The position numbers were made by a program, and so were the translations under genes. The notes beneath the pieces were generated by a model. The model made no database searches and was not told where the DNA came from. It saw only the letters and a program-made list of their open reading frames with translations. A DNA stretch of 63,686 nt, filler included, from Gonapodya sp. JEL0774 (taxonomy: Eukaryota), in NCBI GenBank assembly GCA_027604505.1. It is 46 parts of 46 records of this genome, joined end to end, with 100 filler letters (N's around TTAATTAATTAA, not from the genome) between each part and the next. Parts side by side here need not be neighbours in the genome. Positions count along the whole stretch, not along the records: positions 1 to 1,299 come from JADIIX010003406.1; positions 1,400 to 2,698 come from JADIIX010003407.1; positions 2,799 to 4,096 come from JADIIX010003408.1; positions 4,197 to 5,493 come from JADIIX010003409.1; positions 5,594 to 6,888 come from JADIIX010003410.1; positions 6,989 to 8,283 come from JADIIX010003411.1; positions 8,384 to 9,678 come from JADIIX010003412.1; positions 9,779 to 11,072 come from JADIIX010003413.1; 38 more parts are not named here. One strand, written 5' to 3'. Below are positions 1-11,039 of the stretch, in pieces; position 1 is the first letter of the stretch, and each line of letters starts with the position of its first letter.

Positions 1-1
1 C

Positions 2-1299
2 CAAGGGACCACACGGGTCCTCTCTATCACCGACGACGTGGAAGTTCGCCGCATCGTCCGTGTATGCGACGAGGTAACAGCTGCCCTCCAAGAACTCCTC
101 AAACCTCTGTCACCCAAAACGAGCACGGCAGAGGTCCAATCACTTGCTCTGCAAACAAAGAAAAGCACCCAGCTCCTCGTCAATGTCTTGACCGCCATCA
201 ACAAGCGAGCCAAAGACTTGCTCTCTTCCAACGCTCAGGACACGTTGCGCAACGCCGCGAAGGACGTCGAGATGTATGGTGTCCTCCTCGGGTCAGCACT
301 CAAATCCGTGCTTACACTTCAGCTATCTGGGGCAGCAGGCGATAAGGACTCGTTGTCGGCCTTGCCGGATTCAGTCAAGTCCAAGGACGCGTGTGTGAAC
401 AAGCTCGTCGCGATTGTCAACCTTATGAAAGAAACCGTTCAGCTCAAGGAGTTCGACGATGGAGGACAAGAGGCGGGCGCAAACGATACCGAAGGCATGA
501 AGGTACGTTCTGGATAAGTTTGGGTGTCGCACCGCAATCCCACAATCCTGTCATTACATCTGTCTCAGTCCTCATGCACGGTCCCTGCCCCAATTGGCAG
601 TGCCACCATATCTATTATGGTTCCGAAGCTTGTGTTTGCCGTGGAAGCCGGAGACAAGAAGCAGATCCAGGACTTGGTCAGCGAACTTGAGCAGAAGTCA
701 AAGCAGGAGGCTGAGAGGACGGCAGGTAAGCAATAGACCTACTGGTGCTTCATTCAGCAGCTCACGGACAGCTTTTGTGATACCAATCTATCAAACGGCG
801 CTGCCGCAGCTTCTGGACCTACCACCACTTCGACCTCCACCGCACTGTCCGCCATCCTCTCCCTGCACCCCACCCTTCACTCCCTCCCGTCGTCATCCCC
901 GACCCCAAGTTCCACGAACAGCGTACTCACTACCCTGGTTTCCCGCCACCGCGCCCTCGAGGCCGCTATACAAGCGTGTGCTGTGTCAGACACGGTTACC
1001 GCGGTCGCATCCATGGAATCCGCCACCGCTTCTCTCAAAAAGGGAGTGGATAGTGGGTTGCAGGACCTGGTTACACGAGCTGCCGCGGAGGTAAACGACG
1101 TGGCACCGGCAGTCCAGGTCGCGGTGACTCGCGCGGTGGCCGTGTCGGGTACAAAAGACGTGTCCCATACAGCCCGAATCGCCAAGTCACTCCGTGCTGT
1201 GGAAGAGATGCGTCCACTTGTAGTGTCGGCTGCGAAGGCTGCCGGGGCTGGTGGGGGGAAGGGACCTGCCGCTGCTGCCGCCAAGGACCATTTTGCGGC
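2..1299 (+). CDS. Vinculin/alpha-catenin family protein, internal fragment, spliced
   Basis: QGTTRVLSITDDVEVRRIVRVC...INKRAKDL...LLGSALKSVL...[22 protein letters not shown] parallels vinculin D1 ([22 protein letters not shown]...IDERQQEL...VLISAMKIFV...[22 protein letters not shown]); GT-AG intron 503-568 and another donor at 726. Confidence 0.75.
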
Positions 1300-1399
1300 N
1301 NNNNNNNNNNNNNNNNNNNNNNNNNNNNNNNNNNNNNNNNNNNTTAATTAATTAANNNNNNNNNNNNNNNNNNNNNNNNNNNNNNNNNNNNNNNNNNNN
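1300..1399. other. Artificial contig-joining linker (first of 45 identical ones)
   Basis: 44 N + TTAATTAATTAA (stops in all six frames) + 44 N, recurring every ~1.38-1.40 kb; intervening contigs are sorted by decreasing length (1299 to 1276 bp). Confidence 0.99.
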
Positions 1400-2681
1400 G
1401 CGATACCATCCGAATCCGACGCGTTTCTGCTTCCAGAGGCGTACGATGCTATTTACGCGAACCCTGACTTCTATGCCTTTGAGTTCGAACCACTCAAGGA
1501 GCCGATTCCGACCCACGTGATGCCCACGCTCTTCGTCAACGAACCTCTGACCAAGGAAACCGCGGCACTCATACAAACCAACGTGAGACGGAAATCTTTC
1601 ATCGCGATTTCAAACGTGGACTTTGTTCTGACCCCCTTTGCTTGGCTCCACATCAGCAACCAGACCACACCACCCTTGGTCAGCTTCCCGACAGCTCGAG
1701 CTTCCGCTTCCCATCTTCACTCGACTACCACAAAGCCTACTCCGCCGGCACCACCACTCCTGACAAGGTCGCCCGTAAGGTATTGGATCTCATTGCGGAG
1801 TCCGAGAAAGCGACACCGCCTCTGAGGGCGTTCGTGGAGGTTAAGGAACATGTAACAATGGCGATGGCGAGGGAGTCGACTGAAAGGTGAAAGAATCATT
1901 TCTTTTCATTTAGGGGTGGACATTTGGAAGGATGGATGGTGGGCCCGTCTCTAATTCCTGGGCTTCACTGTCGCTAGGTACAGGGCCGGCAAACCACTCT
2001 CGGTCATTGACGGTGTTCCTGTGAGCTTAAAGGACACAATGTTCGCCAGCGGTGAGATTCTTCGTCCTTAGTCCGTAAAGCTATCTCTTCCATCTGAGAA
2101 ATCACCGTCTTTCCTCACAAGGCTTCACCTGGAGTTACGGCATCTCGGACCGCCAGCCCGGGCAGGACATGGACTTCGTAACGCGGCTCAAATCATTAGG
2201 CGCTGTCATCGTCGGTATCTCACTGTCGACAGAGACTGCCAACACAGGTGATTCGGAGACCATCTTTGTAATCCTCTCCGTTGTGGGACGTTGATCCAGC
2301 TCTGGGAACACCTTCTTGACAGACTTTGGCCCAAATCCGGCCTACGGTACTCCCAGAAACCCCTACAAGGCCGGCCACATTACGGGAGGAAGCTCCGCCG
2401 GTGCAGCAGCCGCCGTCGCCAGCGGTCTCGTGAGTTTTGAGTTTGACCCTTTGTCGCACTTTTCCCAAGCCAAGCACGCAAACTTCATGTCGCCTCAAAA
2501 CACCCCCCACCAAAAGACTCCTTTCTCTGCCGGCTCTGACGGCGCTGGCTCCATCCGCACGCCGTCGGGATGGTGCGGCATATACGGCTTGAAGACAACG
2601 TATTCCCGTGTCAACATGCCTGTATCGCCTCACTCGGTTTCGGGGCCCATGGCGGGGTCGGCGGCGGATTTGGCGTTGGGG
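1400..2681 (+). CDS. Amidase-signature family enzyme, plant FAAH-like; multi-exon fragment
   Basis: PLSVIDGVPVSLKD, NPYKAGHITGGSSAGAAAAVASG and GSDGAGSIRTPSGWCGIYGLKTT motifs (Lys-Ser-Ser triad) spread over exons. Confidence 0.9.
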
Positions 2682-2798
2682 GTGAGTTGTGGATTCACNN
2701 NNNNNNNNNNNNNNNNNNNNNNNNNNNNNNNNNNNNNNNNNNTTAATTAATTAANNNNNNNNNNNNNNNNNNNNNNNNNNNNNNNNNNNNNNNNNNNN

Positions 2799-4096
2799 CG
2801 GTGGCGGTTCTCAGAGTTTGCTGACGCTGTTGGTTTACCACTTCCCCATTCCCTTCGTCCCTCAACCCAGCGGCCAAGTTTGGTGCCGAGTCTGCCTTCT
2901 TTGCCTCCTCGTTCCTTGCCACAGCCACGGCATCCTCGTACAAGACGCATCTCCACTCCTACATGCGGTTTTGCATCCACTTCGCCATCCTCCCCGCCCT
3001 GCCCGCCCCTCTCCATGCTGTCTGGTCGTGGGTCTTGCTCCTCTCCCGTTCTCTCAAGCCCGCTTCCATCCATAACTACGTCGGCGGGCTCAAGGCGTTC
3101 CACCTGCGCCATCGCCTGCCCGCCCCCTGGGTCGGGGACTGGCAGTTTGCCCACCTCCTCAAGGCGATCTCACGGTGCAAAGGCGAGCCACCCAAGCATG
3201 CCGCTGTCCTCTGCATCTCTGAAGTCTCCCGTCTTCTCTCCGGCCTTGATCGCTCGCGACTCGCCGACTCCGTCCTGTGGCTCGTCCTCTCTGTCGCCTT
3301 CTGTGGCCTCTATCGCAAGTCCAATCTCGGCGTCAAGTCCGCCGATCTCCGGTGGCGAGCTCTCAACTGGGATGACCTGTGGCTCTCGCCCGATAACCAC
3401 GTCCTCTGGCGCCGTGTGCGGGGTTCCAAGACTCTCCAAGACCGCTCCCGAGTCGTCACTCATCCGCTGGTCGCGATCCCTGGCACACTCATCGATCCTG
3501 CCTGTGCCTATTTGCACCTTCGCTCCTTCTCCTCTGCAGAGTCCGCTTTGCCTGTCACCTATCACTGGCTTGAGTCCTCCCTTCGTGCGCTTGTCACCCG
3601 CACCGGTGTGGCCCCGTCCTCCGGCATCGTCACCTGGCATAGCTTCCGAGCCTCAGGGGCTTCCTTCGCTGCCTCCGCCGGGATGCCTGACAGTTGGATT
3701 CAGATCGTTGGGGATTGGAAATCCGATGCGTTCTTGGTGTACCTCCGGCTCTCTGATCGAGACAAGTTGGCGCAGGCGGAACGGTTTGCCGCCCTGGCCG
3801 GGGGTGCCGGGGGCTAGTGTGTCGCGATACTGGATGATTGGGCGAGTGGGTGCTTGGGATGTGGCGCGGAGTGTTGGCGGTGCGGAGTGAGATGATATTG
3901 GCGTGTGTGGTTGTGTTTACCTTCGTGGTACTGGCGTTCTTTCTTTCTTTTCCTTTTTCCCCTCCGTCTCCCCCATTCTATCCCCTCTCCTCTCTCTCTC
4001 CCCCTCTTGGCGGTGCCCTTGGCGGCGGGAGGGGCTCGGGGATTACCCTCGCCCTCCTGCCCGGTTTCAGCCAGCCTTGACCCCCTCCATCAGCAT
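2799..4096 (+). mobile_element. 3' part of a tyrosine-recombinase retrotransposon (DIRS/Ngaro type)
   Basis: Intronless YR ORF; an overlapping frame starts RWRFSEF, resembling the RNase H C-terminus; GC-rich hairpin-forming 3' region. Confidence 0.8.
2825..3817 (+). CDS. Tyrosine recombinase of DIRS/Ngaro-like element (frame open from 2825; first ATG 2963)
   Basis: N-terminal LATATASSYKTHLHSYMRFC; catalytic motifs GLYR, SKT, HSFRASGAS, GDWKSDAFLVYL. Confidence 0.9.
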   Translation, partial: RCWFTTSPFPSSLNPAAKFGAESAFFASSFLATATASSYKTHLHSYMRFCIHFAILPALPAPLHAVWSWVLLLSRSLKPASIHNYVGGLKAFHLRHRLPAPWVGDWQFAHLLKAISRCKGEPPKHAAVLCISEVSRLLSGLDRSRLADSVLWLVLSVAFCGLYRKSNLGVKSADLRWRALNWDDLWLSPDNHVLWRRVRGSKTLQDRSRVVTHPLVAIPGTLIDPACAYLHLRSFSSAESALPVTYHWLESSLRALVTRTGVAPSSGIVTWHSFRASGASFAASAGMPDSWIQIVGDWKSDAFLVYLRLSDRDKLAQAERFAALAGGAGG

Positions 4097-4196
4097 NNNN
4101 NNNNNNNNNNNNNNNNNNNNNNNNNNNNNNNNNNNNNNNNTTAATTAATTAANNNNNNNNNNNNNNNNNNNNNNNNNNNNNNNNNNNNNNNNNNNN

Positions 4197-5493
4197 TGAG
4201 AGCCTTGGCGTTTCGTCGGCGAGCCTGACGAGAAGACTTTTCGCACCAATGAACATACTCGAGCGCGGATTTGAATGACTGAGCACACAGTGAGGAGTTG
4301 TCACTTGTCCATGGGTCACACTTTACTTTGACGCAGACGACACTCACCTTCCCGGTAGAGCCCACGAGAATTCCTTGTTCCATCCTTGACACACCGGGAA
4401 TTGGAACCTGCCATACTCCCGATCCTTCAAGGACCATGAACTTGCAAAATTCATCAACGAACGTCCGTCGATGCTTCTCCATCTGTCAGTTGCATAGTAT
4501 GTTCGTCTGTTCTTTGAGGCAAATCTCGTGCATCTTGCTAAGTCTCACCTTCATGTTTGCGTTTGGCCAAGAATCAAGAAAGCTCAGAGCTGATGCCGGT
4601 GTCCGTTTCGTGCACCCGACCTCGACAATCCGCATATCCGGATGCAATATCGACCATATCCGTGGAAAATCGCCTCCCAAGGTACCTTCTACTGATGGCT
4701 TGATGTATTCGGAAGGTGTGGATAGCCCGACCATCGTTCGAGTGCGGGAACCGCCATTTGAGCTTCGCGTTGACCGTTCCAGTTCGTACCGTATAAGCTT
4801 CGCTCCTCCTGAAATGTCCTGCCATGCAACAACCGCGTAAGGCTGTGTTGCACGATTACTTGGGTTTGTCATGTATGAGAGCCAGCCTGATGAGATGCGC
4901 AGGGAGGATGAAACATCAGATACATCCAGAAAATGAACGCAGAGCACACTAAATAAGTGCATACACCGCTCGGTACAGGCTTCTTCCTTTCAATGGATGT
5001 GCCTACGTACCTAGGTCAATCGGCTTCACCCCAACGTACACCTTGTGTCGTGCAGCTAATCGCACACGGGAGCTCGAATTGCTGGCAGCATCTAGAGCAA
5101 CGATCGGAGATATTGAAGATTGTGATGGTGTATCTAGAGGAGCAGTGGGCGGGAGGGGTGGCAATGGGTGTCCCAGCTGCAGCTGCGAAAGAGTTCGGGA
5201 TGGGCGAGGTGGCAGTTCGGGCTTTGGGGAAACGAGAGATGAATCCATCCCAAAATGTGCAGTTTCGAGCTGGATGAGGGTAACGACTGCGCTTTGATTG
5301 ATAAAATTTGGCTGCAAACATTGCTCGGTTGAATAAAGTTGGTTTGGTATAGGATCCCTGGATGAACTTGCGAAGATCACCCTCACGGTGAATTGATTTC
5401 ACCCGACCCTCTTCCATACCTTGCTTCAGAACTTGCATACGTACACCGAACAGAATGTGATGCGAATCGGGACACGGTCTGCCTGCGCCCCGA
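4197..5493 (-). CDS. Hypothetical multi-exon protein, internal fragment
   Basis: Minus-strand ORFs 5003-5386, 4486-4962 and 4197-4482 are joinable through GT-AG introns; no family recognised. Confidence 0.5.
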
Positions 5494-6128
5494 NNNNNNN
5501 NNNNNNNNNNNNNNNNNNNNNNNNNNNNNNNNNNNNNTTAATTAATTAANNNNNNNNNNNNNNNNNNNNNNNNNNNNNNNNNNNNNNNNNNNNTTTGACG
5601 GAACTGTGATTTTGTTCGCCGGCAGGTCCATTTCAGACGACGCCTGTGTTTAGTACTTGCAAAAACCAACATCCCAATACGGGTGTTGTCAACTGTTGCT
5701 TTGTGTGTAGTGAGTGGGGTCTGATGGGAGAGCTTGTCGTGTGAGTTCCGAGTGAATCGGTGTACGTGTATGCTTGTTATCGTGTATTGATTCGGGTGGG
5801 GGCGAAAATCGTAAATATGGCGAGTGTGAGAAATGGTCAATACACTTGTCACCCATTTGGAAATTGTGTGTGGAGATCCAAATGGATTCAGAACCAGGAT
5901 GAGGATCGTTCGTGATGCGGATCAAAGGTTGCGTCACTCTTTCGATCCGGCACGACTGCAAATGAAAATTCCGCGTTGCTTTATAATTATACAGGTATAC
6001 TAGAAGAATACGGCCTCTAACGTAGGAAACAAACAACAATGATAGCCTGGTCAGTCATGCTTCCCTGCCGAATCATAATCTTGCCTGGTCATGCCAGTCA
6101 TAAACCTGCTAGCAACCATTTCAGATAG

Positions 6129-6581
6129 TCACATGCGACCGCGTCCATAGTCCTGAATCACTTGGGCAATCTCAGTGCCCTTCCACGGCTCTGCATACAA
6201 CGAAAGGTCGTATGCGGTAGCTTGGAGCCATCCCTTCGCAAGCTCCTCCATTGCCGCCAACTCCTCATCGGTCCACCCAGTGTCTTCACGAAGCAGCGCC
6301 CCAACAATCTGATGAGATAGAGCCGCAACTGCGGAACTTAGAATGCCACCGCTCCACATTTGCATCCGTACTCGAGCAACGATGTCCTGAGACTACGTTG
6401 TGCAGTGCGACGCTTTTGGATTGACGTTTGCGTCAGCTCGTAGAGACTGCATCAATCGCAGGGCTTCGAGGTGACCTGAGAGAGCTGCCACTCCCATTGC
6501 GTCTCCGAAGAGTTTGATGTCGACTTCGTGATCGAATAACAACTCTCTCTGCAACGTATTGGAAATTATAAGGAAAGACAA
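6129..6581 (-). pseudogene. Ankyrin-repeat-like gene fragment with in-frame TAG
   Basis: AMGVAALSGHLEALRLM and ILSSAVAALSHQIVGALL segments share a frame, separated by TAG at 6393-6395; no clear start. Confidence 0.45.
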
Positions 6582-6735
6582 ATTAATCTATGGATGTAAT
6601 TCAATGAAGAAGATCGACTAATGCTACAGCTCTCCTCATGCAAGGTTATCGTTGATATCAAATGAATCATCCATCAGCGTAAAGAGCGATCATCTCTCCC
6701 ACTCAAAGACCAATCATCGTGTGACAATATCCCCT

Positions 6736-6888
6736 CTACAAAAGCAGTACGAGACCAAGAGCAACCACCAGCGCAACGCCGACGGTGGCGATGATGTTGA
6801 CACCCCACGTTCGGAGCAGTCGGAACGGCAGGGACTGGCGACCTGGTGTCGGGATGTCGTGGATGGTTCTCTTCATTGGGCGTCTTGG
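6736..6888 (-). CDS. C-terminus of a probable tail-anchored membrane protein
   Basis: Frame open from the contig edge, ending ...TWGVNIIATVGVALVVALGLVLLL*. Confidence 0.45.
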   Translation of the reverse strand, partial: PRRPMKRTIHDIPTPGRQSLPFRLLRTWGVNIIATVGVALVVALGLVLLL

Positions 6889-6988
6889 NNNNNNNNNNNN
6901 NNNNNNNNNNNNNNNNNNNNNNNNNNNNNNNNTTAATTAATTAANNNNNNNNNNNNNNNNNNNNNNNNNNNNNNNNNNNNNNNNNNNN

Positions 6989-8283
6989 TCCACCAGCTCC
7001 ACGGTGGGATCCATGTGGTGCACGAGGTAGGACGGAGGGGAGCGGGAGCGGAACCACGGGTGTTGTATGATGCCTTCCATCTGGATCGAATCGGATCGCG
7101 GGGGGGCGACAAAGCAAAACCGCCACCATTCAAGCCGGTCAGTTCTCTTGATTCATCAACCCTGATCATCCCGGCCCGCCTCCCCCAACCCACCGTCAAC
7201 CTCCTATTCGGATCGACGACCAAGATTCTCTTGATGAGATCCGCGGCGGCGCGGGGGACCCAATCCGGCACGGCGTACACGCCCGACTTGACCTGTGGAG
7301 CAGGAGGAAACCCCATCGAAACACGACAAATGAGAGAATACCACGGTGATGGCGGAGGCAGGCTCAGGGGGAAACCGAGACGGGAAGAGCGGCCCGATGC
7401 GTCTCAGTCGCGATCCTTCCCACCACAACCGCTTCCAGCCCCGCCAACAAACCCGCCTGCCGCCCCACCCGAACCCACCCACCTTCTGTAACAACCTCTT
7501 AATATTCTCATCATCAAACGGCAAGTTCCCTGTCAACAGGGCGAACAAAATCACTCCTAGACTCCAAATATCGGCCTTTGCGCCGTCGTAGGCCACGCCG
7601 CGGATGATCTCGGGGCTGGCGTAGTGCGGGGACCCGCAAGATGTGAGGAGCATGCGGCCCGCGAAGGAGGTTGAGGCCATGCCGAAGTCGGCGATCTTGA
7701 TGCGCCGGGAGGAGGTGGGGGTGGGGGGGGTGAGGAGGATGTTTTCCGGTTTCAGGTCACGGTGGCTGGGTGGGTGGGGGGTGTGAGTGGGGGGCAATTG
7801 AGGAAACGACAAGTCAAAACCCCCATCAACCATCGCCCCCGCCCGACCGCACGTACCACACCATACACCCATGACACCACCTCACGGCGTAGACGATCTG
7901 CTGGAAGAAGTTGAGCGCCTCGTGTTCGGGTAACCGGCCACGTTGCACGAGGTGGTCGAACAGTTCGCCGCCGGGGACGTATTCGAGGATGAGGTAGCTT
8001 TTTGTGTGGGTGGTTATGGGGTGGTGGTGGTGGTGGTGGTGGTATGTGAGCGACGCCGCGTCAACTCCCCCTTCCTCTCCCCGGCCCGACCCCGCCCCCC
8101 CGCCCCGCCCCGCACCAAACTGCCAACTCACAGCTCACGCTCCGTCTCGTACACATCGTACAATTCCATCACATTCGGATGCCTTATGAGCTTCATGAGC
8201 GTCACCTCCCGTTCCAGCTTCCTGTTTGCCTCCTTCACCTCTTCGTCTTCCTTCTCGTTCTCCTTCTCCCTCTCCGTGTCCCT
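6989..8283 (-). CDS. Ser/Thr kinase, Nim1/Hsl1/Gin4 (BRSK) subfamily; spliced fragment
   Basis: [78 protein letters not shown]. Confidence 0.93.
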
Positions 8284-8527
8284 NNNNNNNNNNNNNNNNN
8301 NNNNNNNNNNNNNNNNNNNNNNNNNNNTTAATTAATTAANNNNNNNNNNNNNNNNNNNNNNNNNNNNNNNNNNNNNNNNNNNNGTTTGTTTATAGTGTCC
8401 AGCAAACCAGATTTGATGGTGTGGTGGGGGTGGTGGATCTGTATTTGTTGTGCCACACACCGAGTATGAGGACGTGGTCATGGTGTGAGTTGTGTGCTGT
8501 TGTAGAACAGGGAGGGTGGCATTTTTG

Positions 8528-8786
8528 TGTCAGAATTCAGGTGCCCTCTCATGTGTGCTACTTAGTATATTACATGCCAGTGCACTCATCTAGTATACAC
8601 TTATAGTACAAACAACACCACACAGCCTTACACATATCCAACATTTTGTTGGTACTATCCTGACATGCAATTGTCAGAATATAGATGCCCTCTTCTGTGT
8701 GCAACTTAGTATATTACACTTCAGTGCACTCATCTATGTGCCTGTGGCTAATCTAGTATACACATATAGTACATACAACACCACAC
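8528..8786. repeat. Diverged direct repeat, 2 copies (~8528-8623 and ~8672-8786)
   Basis: Both read TGTCAGAAT...TGCCCTCT...ACTTAGTATATTACA...CAGTGCACTCATCTA...TATAGTACA.ACAACACCACAC; second copy carries an internal insertion. Confidence 0.85.
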
Positions 8787-8804
8787 CACCTCCCACAGAT
8801 CCAA

Positions 8805-9070
8805 GAGCAAGGAAGCTGATGATTATGGTTTTGAGAACGTTGATGGACAGACCCCACACAAGGCAGTATTCAAGCAGGAGGTCAAGGGCCGCCTTGGAGT
8901 AGGGCTATGATTAGGGCAAGTTGGATGAGGTCAGCAGCAAGTCTGAGGACGTTGTCTTTGGATGGCTTTGGTCATGAAGTGGGGTATGTCTCTGGAAATG
9001 AAGTTGTAGATGAGGGTAGAGATTGGGTCGCCCTGGGTGACTCCCCATTCCTGTTTGATGATTTGGGTGT
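8805..9070 (-). mobile_element. Degenerate non-LTR (LINE) reverse-transcriptase relic
   Basis: Minus strand gives WGVTQGDPISTLIYNF, then after frameshifts LAADLIQLA (YADD-like position) and AALDLLLEYCLVWGLSINVLKTIIISF; CpG-poor. Confidence 0.8.
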
Positions 9071-9778
9071 CTCTCCCCAATCACAATAGGACAAATATTG
9101 AAAATATCCGTATTCGATTCTATATTCGACCAATATAATACGGTTACAAATACTGTTTAAGGCATTTGAGAGGCCGAATACAAATATGAATGCGAATACA
9201 ATTATTGAATGTATTTGTGTTCGAGGAATCGGTTAGGGCTTGTTCGGCAACAGTTTTTGGGTCATAATCAATTTGTGCGTATGCACGAATTAACTTTTGA
9301 TGCAGTCAGTTCTCTTGTGTACCACAGAATCAAAATTCAATTGATTTGCACCAGATAGCATCGTTTTCCATCCATATTTGCCATAGAATGGATGGACAGA
9401 ACCCCTTCATCATGGATGTGGATGCCCTTGTCATGTCCATTGTCGCCACGTCTGCCACATTCCTTGGCCCATGACAATAGCAATGCTGCAAGGAGAAATG
9501 TGGACGCGGGAGCTGTTGCAGGGGAATCCCAACATTGCATTGCACAATTTACAAATAGACTGTCGCATTTTCCTCATCCTGTGAGACAAATTCAGGAGCG
9601 GAACCTGTTAAGCGGTGTGATATATGTATTCGAAAACACGCTCGCACAAAAAGGCTTAATCTAGTTTATCCAAAGACCNNNNNNNNNNNNNNNNNNNNNN
9701 NNNNNNNNNNNNNNNNNNNNNNTTAATTAATTAANNNNNNNNNNNNNNNNNNNNNNNNNNNNNNNNNNNNNNNNNNNN

Positions 9779-11039
9779 ATTGCACAGCAAACCACATGAA
9801 ATTGGCAGGATCCTGTTTGTTTGTAAATTTCACTGTTTGATGAAATACCCCACTTCGCATGGGAGTGGTTTTGATGGTGAAATATTCAGTGGAGCCCCCT
9901 GCAATAAAGACACTTGATGAAGCTTCAGCATGTGGTAGGTCAGTTGTCATTTGAAATTCTGCATCTAATTCTGCAAGATTTTTTAAAGCAAGCTCAAGTT
10001 CCTGTGTTTGTCTTGCCTTGGATGACACATAAATGGTTTGCTCAGGGAGTGGATCAGTTCCCATACCATGAATGTTGATGGAATGCTTCTGGTTGTTGTG
10101 CATATTGAGAAGTGTTAGTGTAGCATAAATCTTGCCCACAGACAGAGGTTTAAATATTATTTGATAGTGTGAAGTTTGGTGTGCCCGAATTGTCAGTGAA
10201 ACAGGGAAAGAAAAAACCTGACATGCTTCTGTACTGCTCTCAAGGATTGCTTTAACTGTCCAGTCATGATCAGTGTCATTTTTTATGGGAATTGTTTTCA
10301 AAGTAGTGTTTCGAGCAGGAGCTGTCAACTCTAACTCTGTAACTTCCCCATCAGATACACACAAGACATTGATATCATATACTCTGTGATCAGGTACTGT
10401 TAAACCTATCAAAGTGACTTTCGTAGTAAGATTTCCAGTGGATTGTGGGTGCAGATGTATAGGCAACTCAACCTCCCCCCCAATGTTTCTTCCATCCAAA
10501 GTGACTATAGATTCACTATGAAATTCTGGGGATGAATATTGCACCTTATAGAGAAGTTGCTGTCTGGGAGGAGCATAAGCTGCACTCCTTGGCTTAGATG
10601 AATCCAGACGAATATCTGGCAAAGCCTGTGGGCACCCCAGGAAGTGGCAAAGTGCAGCCTCTCTCTGTGGATTTAGCATTGGGATCTTAAGGGCTTTCTC
10701 AGAAGGTTGACCAATTTTGCAAAGCCACTGAAGAATATTTGTTGGAGATGGATCCCCAACCTCCCCTTCTATCACAATTTCAAATTCACCAATTTTTTCA
10801 TTTGAGAAGTTAATGGCCAGCTCATGAGTTTCTTGCTAGGATGAAGCCTGTGAAATGAAGGAGGAAGTGATAGTACTCAGTTGACCACTCACCAGAAAAG
10901 GCAAGAAGTGCACTGTCAAATCTGTAGAGCAACAGCTTTCTAGTGCTATACTATCTCTGCCAACTTGAAATGCAGGAGGATTTCTCAATTTTCTAACAAT
11001 CCCAGTTTGCTCTTTAGTCAAACTCAAGGATGTCAATGC
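9779..11039 (-). CDS. CFAP47: Cilia/flagella-associated protein 47-like, C-terminal Ig-like region
   Basis: ~1-kb open exon with INFSNEKIGEF, YKVQYSSPEF, ELELTAPARNTTLKTIPIKNDTDHDWTVKA, GMGTDPLPE, recalled as CFAP47-like; upstream exon joined by a GT-AG intron. Confidence 0.72.

Noticed and set aside
8017..8042. (GGT)n tract read as poly-His or poly-Trp
   Set aside because: Microsatellite inside an intron of the kinase gene.
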